The translations under genes and the position numbers were made by a program. From NCBI GenBank assembly GCA_051313645.2, contig JBNRSN020000133.1, positions 558,001 to 622,000 on the forward strand: a stretch of DNA of 64,000 nucleotides, given 5' to 3'. This document shows positions 24,193-34,800 of this stretch, piece after piece. Position 1 is the first letter of the stretch, and each line of letters opens with the position of its first letter. This DNA comes from Centroscyllium fabricii (lineage: Eukaryota). Below the pieces are notes generated by a model that had not been told where the DNA came from, made no database searches, and worked only from the letters and a program-made list of their open reading frames with translations.

Positions 24193-24980
24193 GTGTGAAA
24201 GAGCCAACTTATTACCGTGAAACCCACTGTGGTTTCCAAATTCTCTGCTGCTCGCGCAACCTTACACACAGAGCGCATTGAGGGGACTGGCTTTCCAAGA
24301 TTGACAGCTCGGTCACTGAAGCATGCGCCAGTCATCCAGAGCCACAAATGACAAGATTCGAAGGGACAACATATTTGCAGGATCTGCGCCGATATTAATT
24401 TAGTAACTTTGTTTTATTTAATATGGGGCGATTTTGGAAGGGGAAGGAAATTGTCAGGCAAAATGTTAAACAATGACACGTTGTATACATTCCTTGGTTG
24501 CTGCCAACGTTCCTCACCCAAGAGTTGTTTTAATTTTAAGATGTACTGGGACACCTCAGTAAGGAGCAACTTTACTGGGCTGGTTCCGCTTCTTCAGTTT
24601 AAACTATCACAACATTCTATTCAAATAACCATCTTACATAATGCATGACAGCAAATTTATATATTTACATACATGTTTGTTTAGAGGCAAGTTCTTTATT
24701 TAAATACAGGGCTGTTTGGGGATACGTTTATATTTAAATACAGTTTTGGTAGGAGGTACGTTTTATATTTAAATACAGGTTTCTTTTATTGTCAGGCAAA
24801 ATCTCTTTTAAAACCCATTCTTAACTTTAATCTCAATAAATTGACAGTGAAGATAACCGACTCTTCAAAAATAACTTTGGCTATTGTGTTTTGCGCTTCA
24901 GGCAATTTTAACGACAAAACTGATTCTTTATAAATCCTATGATCAAAATCTTCACAATAAAGCAGCGAGAGGTCACTTAC

Positions 24981-25030
24981 CAGGGTTGACATTCAGCACG
25001 GTGCCATCTCCGTCGTAGTAGCCGTAGTTA
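24981..25030 (-). CDS. IgNAR: IgNAR J segment
   Basis: NYGYYDGDGTVLNVNP plus 1 nt, then donor GTAAGT. VNAR-type (Y)DGxGT-VL-VN FR4. Confidence 0.95.
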
Positions 25031-25069
25031 CACAGTCAGTCAGCTCCCAGTCAGCCCAGTACAAAAAGG
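25031..25069 (+). promoter_or_regulatory. J 5' recombination signal (23-RSS)
   Basis: cacagtc + 23-nt spacer + acaaaaagg abutting the J coding end. Confidence 0.93.
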
Positions 25070-25383
25070 GTCTTTGAACCAAAGATCCTGGAATAAATAC
25101 ACCAAAACATCACTGCTACAAGGATCTTCCCAAGATACTGGCATCATTAATAAATCTTCATTTCCGTCAGTTTCTATCCATCCAGATATTCATTATGTGC
25201 AATGCCAACTCCTGCAATAAATATGATGACAATTCATTGATTGATTTAATATCACTGAATGCGGATAGATTTCAACCAAATTTCGAATTGGAATTGATTT
25301 CACGCTCTATGCAGCAACATCCATGGGTAAGAAGCACTTTATGCAGCCACCTTCGCGATAAGAAAGCAAATAACAGTTGGAGA

Positions 25384-25452
25384 GGTTTGTGCCATGGCCC
25401 GAATCACTGTGTGACTCCAGTATACACATCATTTCACTCCAGCACAAGAACT
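25384..25452 (-). other. IgNAR: D2 segment (coding 25412-25424, TATACTGGAGTCA) flanked by two 12-RSS
   Basis: Plus strand: cacatca-12-acaagaact (25425-25452). Minus strand: CACAGTG-12-GCACAAACC (25411-25384). Confidence 0.92.
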
Positions 25453-25778
25453 CCATTGTTGCAAATATTGCAGAAAATCCTTCGGATATTCCAAGATAGT
25501 GACTTAAAATTGCAGTAAATATGAATCAAATCATTGCCTTTATATTGGGATCCCCGTAGATGTTTATAATTCCCAGCCACTCATAAAAATCCTGGCGAAA
25601 TATCAGTGTTCCATTATAAAAATGATCATAACATTGATTGAAAAATCACAGAAATTAATAGAGGAAAGGCTTGAATATTCCACCCAGTGTCTGACAGATA
25701 CAATGAGCATTTAACCGTGAGATTATTAGACACCGAGATAATAATCTGTACCAACGTTTTATGAAGAGGTGAGGGAAC

Positions 25779-25855
25779 AGTTTATGTATTACGGGAATCC
25801 AAGATTCATTACTGTGCGTCCAAGACCCACAGTCACAGAGACCAGTACAAAAAGG
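25779..25855 (-). other. IgNAR: D1 segment (coding 25817-25827, GGTCTTGGACG) with 5' 12-RSS and 3' 22-RSS
   Basis: Plus strand: cacagtc-12-acaaaaagg (25828-25855). Minus strand: CACAGTA-22-ACATAAACT (25816-25779). Confidence 0.92.
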
Positions 25856-26044
25856 TTCCATGTGCATCAGTCCAAGAACCTGGGGTCCAGACACTTGCTG
25901 CAAACCAGATTCCTAACTCAATAATTCTTGTCAGGATTTATTTTATAAGCAAGAGCATTATCCCTCCAAAATACTGAGCATCTTCTCTTCCTGAGAAAGC
26001 AACAGAAAAATTGTTGCAGTCATCTTCTAGCAAAGTGTGCTGGT

Positions 26045-26083
26045 AGTTTGTGTATTGCAGGTACCGCCAACTCCATTGCTGTG
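26045..26083 (-). promoter_or_regulatory. V 3' recombination signal (23-RSS)
   Basis: CACAGCA + 23-nt spacer + ACACAAACT directly after the V coding end. Confidence 0.93.
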
Positions 26084-26361
26084 TTTGTCCATTTGAGCTT
26101 TGCAGTAATACGTGGCACTGTCTTCAACGGTCAGGTCCTTGATTCGCAGAGAAAATGACTTTGATCCCTTGTTGACTGTTTCAGCATATCGGCCGCCAAT
26201 CGACATCCTTTCCCATTTGGATGCACTCGGATTTTTCCGGAACCAGGATGTGCTGTATAAAGCATAGCTGGTATCAATTAGGACGCAGTTGATGGTCAGA
26301 GATTTGCCTATCTCTTTCGTTGCCGTTCTTGGTGTTTGGTCTACTCTTGCACCGAAGGCAT
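26084..26361 (-). CDS. IgNAR: IgNAR V exon (VNAR, two canonical Cys only, type IV/IIb-like)
   Basis: Acceptor TTCAG, then (N)[92 protein letters not shown]. The short FR2-CDR2 region is diagnostic of VNAR. Confidence 0.97.
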
Positions 26362-26501
26362 CTGAATGGAGAAAATATATTTAATGCATCACGAATCTGA
26401 AACAATACAGGAGTTTAAAGGCAGGAAAATTTCGACAATGTAGACGCTGCCTCACAATGTTATCCAATTAACATGTAATCTCTTTATCAAACAAAACTTA
26501 C

Positions 26502-26544
26502 TTGGTAACCAGGCTAAAAGGACCGAAACCCAGAAAATATTCAT
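26502..26544 (-). CDS. IgNAR: IgNAR leader exon
   Basis: ATG AAT ATT TTC TGG... = MNIFWVSVLLAWLP plus 1 nt, then donor GTAAGT. Typical IgNAR signal peptide. Confidence 0.95.
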
Positions 26545-26663
26545 TATTGCTTCACCAGCAGGGAACACTTTAAACGGAGCAAACACCAGAGCCCAACAGC
26601 GACTGCTCTGTGTAACCGTGTGTGTCTGAGCAGCGGCCTTATGAACATCGAGAGACTAGGCTC

Positions 26664-26671
26664 ATTTGCAT
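26664..26671 (-). promoter_or_regulatory. Octamer ATGCAAAT in the V promoter
   Basis: Perfect octamer in IgH orientation, 120 nt upstream of the ATG and preceded by CTCATTG. A TTTAAA lies about 25 nt upstream of the ATG. Confidence 0.8.
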
Positions 26672-27062
26672 GGGGCGCAATGAGGGACCAATAGCAGTGA
26701 GTATAGTTCACGGGCTGTGAGGGGCTGCATTGTGTTCCCAATACCCATAGTCACACTGTTGGCAATTGCACCAATTAACATGAACAGATCAGTAGAGATC
26801 TGGAGAACACACTTCACGGTAACTGTCTTTGGTTTGTTTGCATCCACGCTGATTGTGTTTCGATATATTCCTAGTTTTATAATTTTGCGATGCTTTGATT
26901 CTACTTTAATAAAAATATCCACGCTTATATGTCAGCTTGTCACAGTGAACTCTGCAAAAGCGCTCACAAAACAAATCCTACGGAAAATCTAATTCCTTTA
27001 CTGTGAGAAACCGCGTGACCGCCCCGCGGTAATCACGGATCCACAGCTTGGCACCAGCCGCG

Positions 27063-28670
27063 TTGATTGAAATGTATAAAGTTCTAACAAGATTAGACAG
27101 ACTAGAGGCAGGGAGGATGTTCCCGATGGCCGGGGAGTCCAGAACCAGGGGTCATAGTCTAAGGATAAGGTGTAAGCCCTTTAGGAAAGAGACGAGGAGG
27201 ATTTTTTTCATCCAGAGAGAGGTGAACCTGTGGAATTCTCTACCACAGAGGGCGGTGGAGGACAATTCATTTAATATATTCAAGAAGGAGTTAGATATGT
27301 TTCTTAAGGCTAAAGGGATCAAGGGATATGGGGACAAGGCAGGGACGGGGTGCTCGGTTTGGATGATCAGCCATGATCTCATTGAATGGCGGAGCAGGCT
27401 CGGGGGGCCGAATGGCCTACTCCTGCTCCTATCTTCTAATGTTTCTGTCTAGACCTGCAGTTTGGATTGTGCTTTATTCTATCGATCTTCAGTAATCTAT
27501 TTTGTAATGTAACTGAGCATCAGGAAAGCCTTTGCCAACTTACTACAGCGGAGATTAAGTAACGGGTAATGAGTTGAGAATTAAGGAGAGGAAAGCACAC
27601 TGGATTAATAGATATTAGTAGAGAGACATCAGAGAGCTCATTATATTGAGAGCAGTTGGAAATGGGTAGATGCTTCCCACAGGAATCAGTTCTGGGGATT
27701 CTTCTGTTCGCCACGTATATCAATGAATTGAGTCTTGGCCGAAAGTGAGTGTTTCGAAATGTGAACATTTTACCAAAACAAGAGGCAGAGGTCATTATTG
27801 GGAAGACCAACGGAAGATGCTGAGTGATATTGTTACAATGGAGGAATGAGCTGAAAATAGGCAGTTGGAAGTAAACATCAGCAAGTATGAGCTGACGGAT
27901 TTCTGTGAAAGGAATAATAATGATCCTCTGAATGGAAGTGGGCTCGGTGCTGTGGGAGGGAAGAGTGAAGGTGCACCGCAGCTTGGTAAGGATGTAAAAA
28001 AAGCTGATGGGATTCTCGGTTTTATCACCAGAGATATAGAATGTAAAAACCAAGAGGTAATGCTATGCATATATAAAACCTTAATAATACTTCAGTTAGC
28101 GTACTGTGTGCAGTATTTGTCTCCACACTATGCTGTCGATATTGAAGATTTAAAGATTGAACAACACAGATTCACTATAATGCTGCCTGGTATGATGAGA
28201 TGCAGATATAAAGAAAGGTTCGAAAATGGCTCATTTTTCGTTAGAATAATGTAGATTATGAGCTTGAGTAAAATAAGTCTTTAACATGATGCAATATTGG
28301 TACGGGGTAGATATAAGAAGATCGTTTCCAGTGGTTGAAGGACGAAGAGCGAGGGGCCATTGATGCAAGATTAAATGTAAGGGACTTAGAACAGTAATCA
28401 GTAGAATCATCTTCATACAGAGAGTTGTGAGGCTGTGGAATTCACTTCCAGGCTTAATGCTTGAGGTAGAAATCATATCAACATTCACGATCAGATTGGA
28501 TAGGTGGGTGCAGGAAAGGAATGGAAAGGATGTTAATAAAGGCGGTTAAAAGTGATTAGAACTAGTTGCTTGTGTGGGGGAGGGGCGGGGGTGTTAAACG
28601 CCAATATGGACTGGTTGCGTCAAATGGACTGCTTGTGCTAATGGTCTATTGAATTGTTGTAATTTCTATA
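27063..28670 (+). mobile_element. Two CR1 fragments (young 27063-27450, old 27560-28670)
   Basis: GESRTRGHSLRIR and FFIQREVNLWNSLPQ in the first, degenerate RT C-terminal motifs in the second. Confidence 0.8.
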
Positions 28671-29089
28671 TATTAGGTGCAATCCGTGGAGGGCATTCCA
28701 TGTAATATTGTGGCTGGATAACCACGTTGCATTATTCTTCTAGCTTGAGTTCAGCTGTGAATTTGATGACTTCGCATTGAGACTTTAGCTGCGAATATAA
28801 AATATTAAATCAATTCAACTTCTGTCTACCAGCGACAGGACCAATGCGAGCAAGGGCCCCCAGTGGTTCAAAGTGGGGTGTCTATCGGTCTGACTGCCTG
28901 ACAAGTAATGGAGCGGGTTGTCTGAAGGTCTTCCATTATCACTAACCCGGTAAAAGCCTTTATCTGGTGCTGAGCTGTGACACCGCGGGTCTATCTATCT
29001 CCGTGGCAGAACACAAAGACCCAGCCTCAATAGCTCTAAATGGAACAATATTATTCAAGATGAGGCAAAAAGGGTAGTTTCTTTTAGTA

Positions 29090-32030
29090 CACAGAGCAAA
29101 ATACTGCAGAAATCTTAGAGGAGTAAAGAAAATGCAGAGGTGAAATTAAAATCGAAATTAGGAACGTAAGGATAGGGCATGAACTAGTTTTGGCAAGTAA
29201 CATCAATGAAAACCCAAAGGAGTTTTTTAAAATTCTAAAAGAACAGGAGCGTAACTAAAGAAAAACCAGGGCCTCTCAGAGACCGTAAAGATAAACTGTG
29301 TGTGGAGGCAGAAGACGTGGGGATGGTTTTAAATCATGACTTTGCATCTGCCTTCGAAATAGAGACGGACAATGTAGGCATTGTAATTAAGGAGGAGGAT
29401 GTGTGAAATACTAGACGCGACAATCATTGTGAGAGAGGAAGTATTAAGCGATTCAGCGTAAATGCAAGTAGATAAATCGGCAGGCCCGGACGAAATGTGT
29501 CCCAGGCTGTCAAAAGAGGCAAGGGAGGAAATTCAATTCAATTCAAGTTCAAGTTCAAAATTTTATTGCTACATGAACTAAACAAAATATCTAGACAGTA
29601 AAATGCATTTTTGCTATCCGCACGCACCATACAACAACAACAAGAACACTAAGATGCACGGCACACACGGATCCCGCAAGACGTCTGCCATACTCCGGCG
29701 CCATCATCGTGGGTCCACTGCAGCTCCGGCCTCTCAGTATAATGTTGTCCTTCTCTTCCTTCCATTCCATACACTACAATTCGTGGACAAAAATGTTTCC
29801 CGAATCCATCGAACCCCGCCCGACAACGATCGAGCAACTTCCCGCATCCCGACATCTAGGCCATCCACTGGACACCCTCACGATTTTCAGTGAGGGCTGA
29901 AGGCGACGAATTGTAGGTATAACTGTCATTTTTTGAGACAGCTAGCCTTCATGGCGATCGTTCTTCCCGGCGCATGCGCAGACGCATAAATACAAATTTA
30001 TTGTCATTGCAGAGTACTGGTGCAATACAACGAGACAAAGTCTCGCCGCTCCCGAGAGTAGTGTAAATAAGTTACATAAATTGCATACAGTAAGGTACGT
30101 TTCAGGTGTGCAGATACTGGAGTTTTTTGTTTGAGTTCAGGAGGCTGACAGCCCTGGGGAAGAAGCCGTTGTCGAATATGGTCGTACGGGTGCGAATTGA
30201 TCTGTAGCATCTCACGGAGGGCAGGGGGCGAACAGACTGTGGCTGGGGTGTGTGGGATCTTTAATAATGTTAAGAGACCTCCATAGGCAGGGTTTGAGGT
30301 AGATGCATTCAATTGACGGTAGCTGGGTGCTGCTGATACTTTGGGCAGATTTGACTACCCGGTGCAGGACCTTCCGGTCCGAGATGGTGCAGTTTACATA
30401 CCAGACTGTGATGCATCTTGTCAGTATGTTTTATATTGTGCAGCAGTATAAGTTGTTGAGGATGCCGGATGACAGCCTAGCATTTTTCAGCTTCCTTAGG
30501 AAATACAGGCGCTGTTGGGCCTTCTTAATCAGAGAGGATGTGTTTAGTGACTGATAGAGGAGACTGATGATAATTTTCCAATCCACTCTGTCTACAGCTG
30601 AGCTGCCAGAGCACCGGAGGACTGCTAATGTTGTATCATTCTTCTAAAAGGGATAAAAGGAAAGACCAGTCTGCCTAACCTCGGTGGTGGAAAAAATACT
30701 GGAAAATTCAGAGGGACAGTATTAATCGCGATTTAAAAAATCACAGATTAATCAAGCACAGTCAGAATGGAGGTGTCAAGGAAGTTCAAGTCTGACTAAC
30801 GTGATTTAATTTGTTGAGCAGATAACGAGGAGGGTTGATGAGGTTACAGAGTTTGATGAAGTTTACATGGATTCTAGCAATGTTTTTTCACAATGTAGCA
30901 TACGGCAGACTGGTCAGAAAAGTAAAAGCCGATGAGATCCAAGGGAAAGTGGGAAGTCAGATCCAAAATTGTCTCAGAGGCAGGACACAAAGGAAGATGG
31001 TCGTAGGGTGTTTTTGTGACTGGAAGGTTGTTTCCAGTGGGGTTCCGCAGGGCTCAGTACCAGATCCCTTGTTTTTTGTGGCATTTATCAATGATCTAGA
31101 CTGCATGTAGCGGGCAAGATTAAGAAGTTTGCCAATGATACATAAATTTGCCGTGTGTTTGACAGTGAGGAAGAAAGCTGTGTACTGCAGGAATATATCA
31201 ATAGACTGGAAACTGGGCAGAAAGTTGGCAAATGGAAATAAATCCAAGAAGTGTGAAGTAATATATTGGGGTGAGGGCAGCTAACAACGCAAGATAAAAC
31301 ACAACTAATGACAGGATAATGAGGAAGTAGAGGAAAAGAGGGACCTTAGAGTGCATGTCCACAGATCCCGGAAGGTAGCAGGGCAGGTAGAGAAGATGGT
31401 GTATACGGCATACGGGATACTTTCCTTTCTTAGCCGAGGCACATAATTTAAGAGTAGGGGGGGTTATGCTTGAACTGTATAAAACACAAGCCACAGCTAG
31501 GGTACCTTGAACAGTTCTGGTCACTACATTACAGGAAAGATGTGATTTCCGTAGATAGTGTAAAGAGGAGATTTACAAGGATGTTACCAGGAATGGAGAA
31601 TATGAGGTAGATTGGATAGGCTGGGGTTGTTTTCTTTAGAAGATACGAGGCTGAGGGGAGACCAATTTGAGGTGTACAAAATGATATGGGGCCTATATAG
31701 TGTCGACAGGAATGATCGATTTCCCTTAGCAGAGAGGTCAATGACCGGGGGTCATAGAATTAAATTATTTGGTGGAAGGATTGTAGGGTATTTGAGGAGA
31801 ACCTTTGTCACCCAGAGGGTGGTGTGGTCTGTACTTCACTGTCTGAATGGGTGGTAGTGGCAGAGACCATCATCACATTTAAAAAATGCTTGGATTGGCT
31901 CTTGACGTGCCATAACCGACAAGGCTACGGACCAAGAGCTGGGTAGTGGGATTGGGCTGGAGATCTCCTTTCCGGCCGGCACAGACACGATGACCACCTT
32001 CTGTGCATAAACTTCTAGGACCGTATGATT
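29090..32030 (+). mobile_element. CR1 LINE ORF2 relic interrupted at 29531-30553
   Basis: DKSAGPDEMCPR-like motif before the break, SGVPQGSVPDPLFFVAFINDLD after it. Confidence 0.8.
29990..30553 (-). mobile_element. Rex1/Babar-type LINE 3' fragment
   Basis: Minus strand reads SSLIKKAQQRLYFLRKLKN...IIKDPTHPSHSLF, ending in AATAAA. Confidence 0.75.
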
Positions 32031-32811
32031 CGTACATGCACTACATCCTGAAAAGCACCAAAAGATAATTCCATTGGAAGGCTTGTGTGTAAATGTCCCT
32101 AAAGAGCAGAAACATGTTCTCTCTGAACCCCTCAGGGTAGCCGAGTCTAGCGGCACACATGGGGCCTGCATGGTGCAGTTTCTCTGCCGATACTGGTTTC
32201 GCTGCGACAGTCAAAGGGGGACTTTCCGCTGTTGCCCGTTGCACGTGTTCCTGGAGCACAAACCTTGAATTTGCGTGTTGTTACGCCCATTCATGTCCGT
32301 GGGCGTTAAATCACCGCTGGAAATGGTTAGTTTCGCGCTCGTGGAGCTGAAAATCTCCCGATGATCTTCCCAGATGTCGCGATCCAAATTGTTTTTGATC
32401 GATATTTGCTGGAACGTGCGTCCAATAATTCGACTCGCACCGGAATAACGATCATGTAATCAAAAGTGGTGACAGCGGGTGTGGGTTCTCATTCATACCT
32501 TTGGTAATCTAACCTGGCAACATGCAAGTGTTAATGGCCAAGGGTGGAGTTCACACCGTGACAGATATTTCCGATCTGATTATCAATGATATTAACTCAG
32601 TCGGATTTCTGATGAGCTCTCATGCCACCGGACATCACTGCCTGGAGATCAGCGTTGATGTCGTTGGCGAAACAGCATTTCCAGCGTTGGGAAGCGTTTC
32701 CTCTGTTCTCCGTTTTAACACAGATATTGCTTAGTTTAACCCCAGTTAAAGGACGGAAAGGGGAATGTTATTGGAACGCGATTATTCCGCTCCTAACTTC
32801 AGTTCTAGTCT

Positions 32812-34800
32812 CATAGAGTCATAGAATCATAGAGTTATACAGCACCGAAAGAGGCGCTTCGGCTCATCGCCTCCATGCCGGCTATCAAGCCCTGTCTATT
32901 CTAATCCCATTTTCCTGCATTTGGTCCGTAGCCTTGTATGCTATGACATTTCCAGAGCTCATCCAAATGCTTCTTGAATGTTGTGAGGGTTCCTGCCTCT
33001 ACCACCCTTTCAGGCAGTGAGTTCCAGAATCCAACCACCCTCTGGGTGAAAAAGTTATTCCTCAAATCCCCTCTAAACCTTATGCCCCTTACCCTGAAAC
33101 TATATCACCTTGTTATTGATCCGTCTACTAAGGGAAAACGTTCATTTCTGTCTACCATATCTATGTCCCTCATAACTCTGTACACCTTAATCGGGTCCCC
33201 CTCAGCCTCCTCTGCTCGAAGGAAAACAACCACAGCCTGTCCATTCTTTTTACTTAGCTGAAGCGCTCCAGCCCAGGTAACATCGTGGTGAATCTCCTCT
33301 CAACCCTCTCGAATTCTCACTTAAGATGGAGAGTGAAAAAATTACTCAGAGACTAAGGGCCTGAATTTAAGTAAAGGGAATTATAATGGTATGCAGCGCG
33401 AGTTGTATAGGATGATTTGATGGCTCGGGGGGTTGATGGTGGATGAACAATGGCAAACATTTAAAGATCGAATGGAAGAATTACAAATCTTGTTTCTGCC
33501 AGTTTGGCATAAAAATAAAACATAAAAGGTGACTCAACCGTGGATAAGAAGGGAAATTGGAGATAAGATAAAATCCAAAGAGAGGGCATACAAATTGACC
33601 AAAAAAGCAACAGACCTTACGATTGGGAGCAGATTACGATACAACAAAGGAGGACAAAGTGATTAATTAAGTGGAGAAAAATAAGTTATGAAATTAAGCT
33701 TGTGGCGACCATAAAAACTGACTGCAAAAGCTTTTATAGACATATTAAGAGGAATGGATTGGTGAAGTCAAGCGTTGGTCCCTTGCAGTCCGAATCAGGG
33801 TAATATATAACGGGGAACAAGGAAATGGCAGAGCATACACATTTTGGTTCTGTGTTCACAAAGGAGGACACAAATAACCTCCCAGAGATGTCTGGAAACA
33901 TAGGGACTAATGAGAGGGAGGGACTAATAGAAATCACTACTTGTATGAATATGGATTTATGGACGTTGAAGGGATTGAAGGACGACAAATCCCCAGGGCC
34001 TGATAATCTACATCCTAGGGTACTTAAGGAAGTGGCCCTATAGATAGCAGATGCAATGCAGATCATCTTCCAGAACTCGATAGACGCTGGAACAGTACCC
34101 ATGAGTTGGAGGGTAGCTAACGTTACCCCACTATTCAGAAAAGGGGGTAGAGAAAAAGCGGGGATATACACAAAAAGGGGCTGGAGAAAAAGCAGGGAAT
34201 TATAGACCAGTAAGCCTGGCATCGGTAGTGGTGAAAATGCTATAGTCGATTATTAAAGATGTAATAGCAGTATACTTGAAAAACAGTGACAGCATTTTTG
34301 AGGATGTAACTGCTAAAATAGATTGGGGAGATCCAGTAGACGTGGTGTATTTGGACTTCCAGAAACTTTTCGATAATATCCCTCATAAGCGATTCGCCTT
34401 CAAATTTAAAGCTCATGGGATTGGGCGCAAGGTATTGACTTGGATAGAGAACTGGTTGGCAGAAAGAAAACAGAGAGTTGGAATGAATGGATCGTTTTCC
34501 GAGTAGTAGGCAGTGATTAGTGGGGTACCACAAGGATCGGTCCTAGGACCCTAGCAGTTCACAATATATATTAATGATCTGGACAAGTGAATTGGATGTA
34601 ATATCTCCAAATTTGCAGACGACACAAAGCTGGGTGGGAGGGTATTCTGTGAGGCGGATGTCGAGAAACTCCAATGCGATTTGGACAGGTTGGGGGATTG
34701 GGCAGGTACATGGCAAATGCACTATAATGTGGATGAATGTGAGGTTATCCACTTTGCTGGCAAAATCAGGAGGGCAGATTATTATTTTAAATGCAATACA
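32812..34800. mobile_element. CR1 fragments (minus 32812-33300, plus 33330-34800)
   Basis: KSPGPDNLHPRVLKEVA, VDVVYLDFQK and SKFADDTKLGG motifs. Confidence 0.85.

Larger units (their letters stand above)
1706..26544 (-). other. IgNAR: IgNAR gene cluster (L-V-D1-D2-J-C1-C2-C3-C4-C5sec), germline configuration
   Basis: All segments below were translated by hand. They are in the order of a cartilaginous-fish Ig cluster, with RSSs, phase-1 GT/AG splice junctions and no stops. Confidence 0.97.

Noticed and set aside
25647-25680. CACAGAA as the heptamer of a third D
   Set aside because: No nonamer at 12 or 22/23 nt and no opposing RSS.
24981-26544. NAR-TCR V-D-J instead of IgNAR
   Set aside because: J is followed by IgNAR C1-C5, no supporting TCR-delta V is present, and there is no extra framework Cys.
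32040-32810. CpG-rich segment resembling another MITE (similar case at ~37215-37930)
   Set aside because: Could not define matching TIRs and TSD, so left unassigned.
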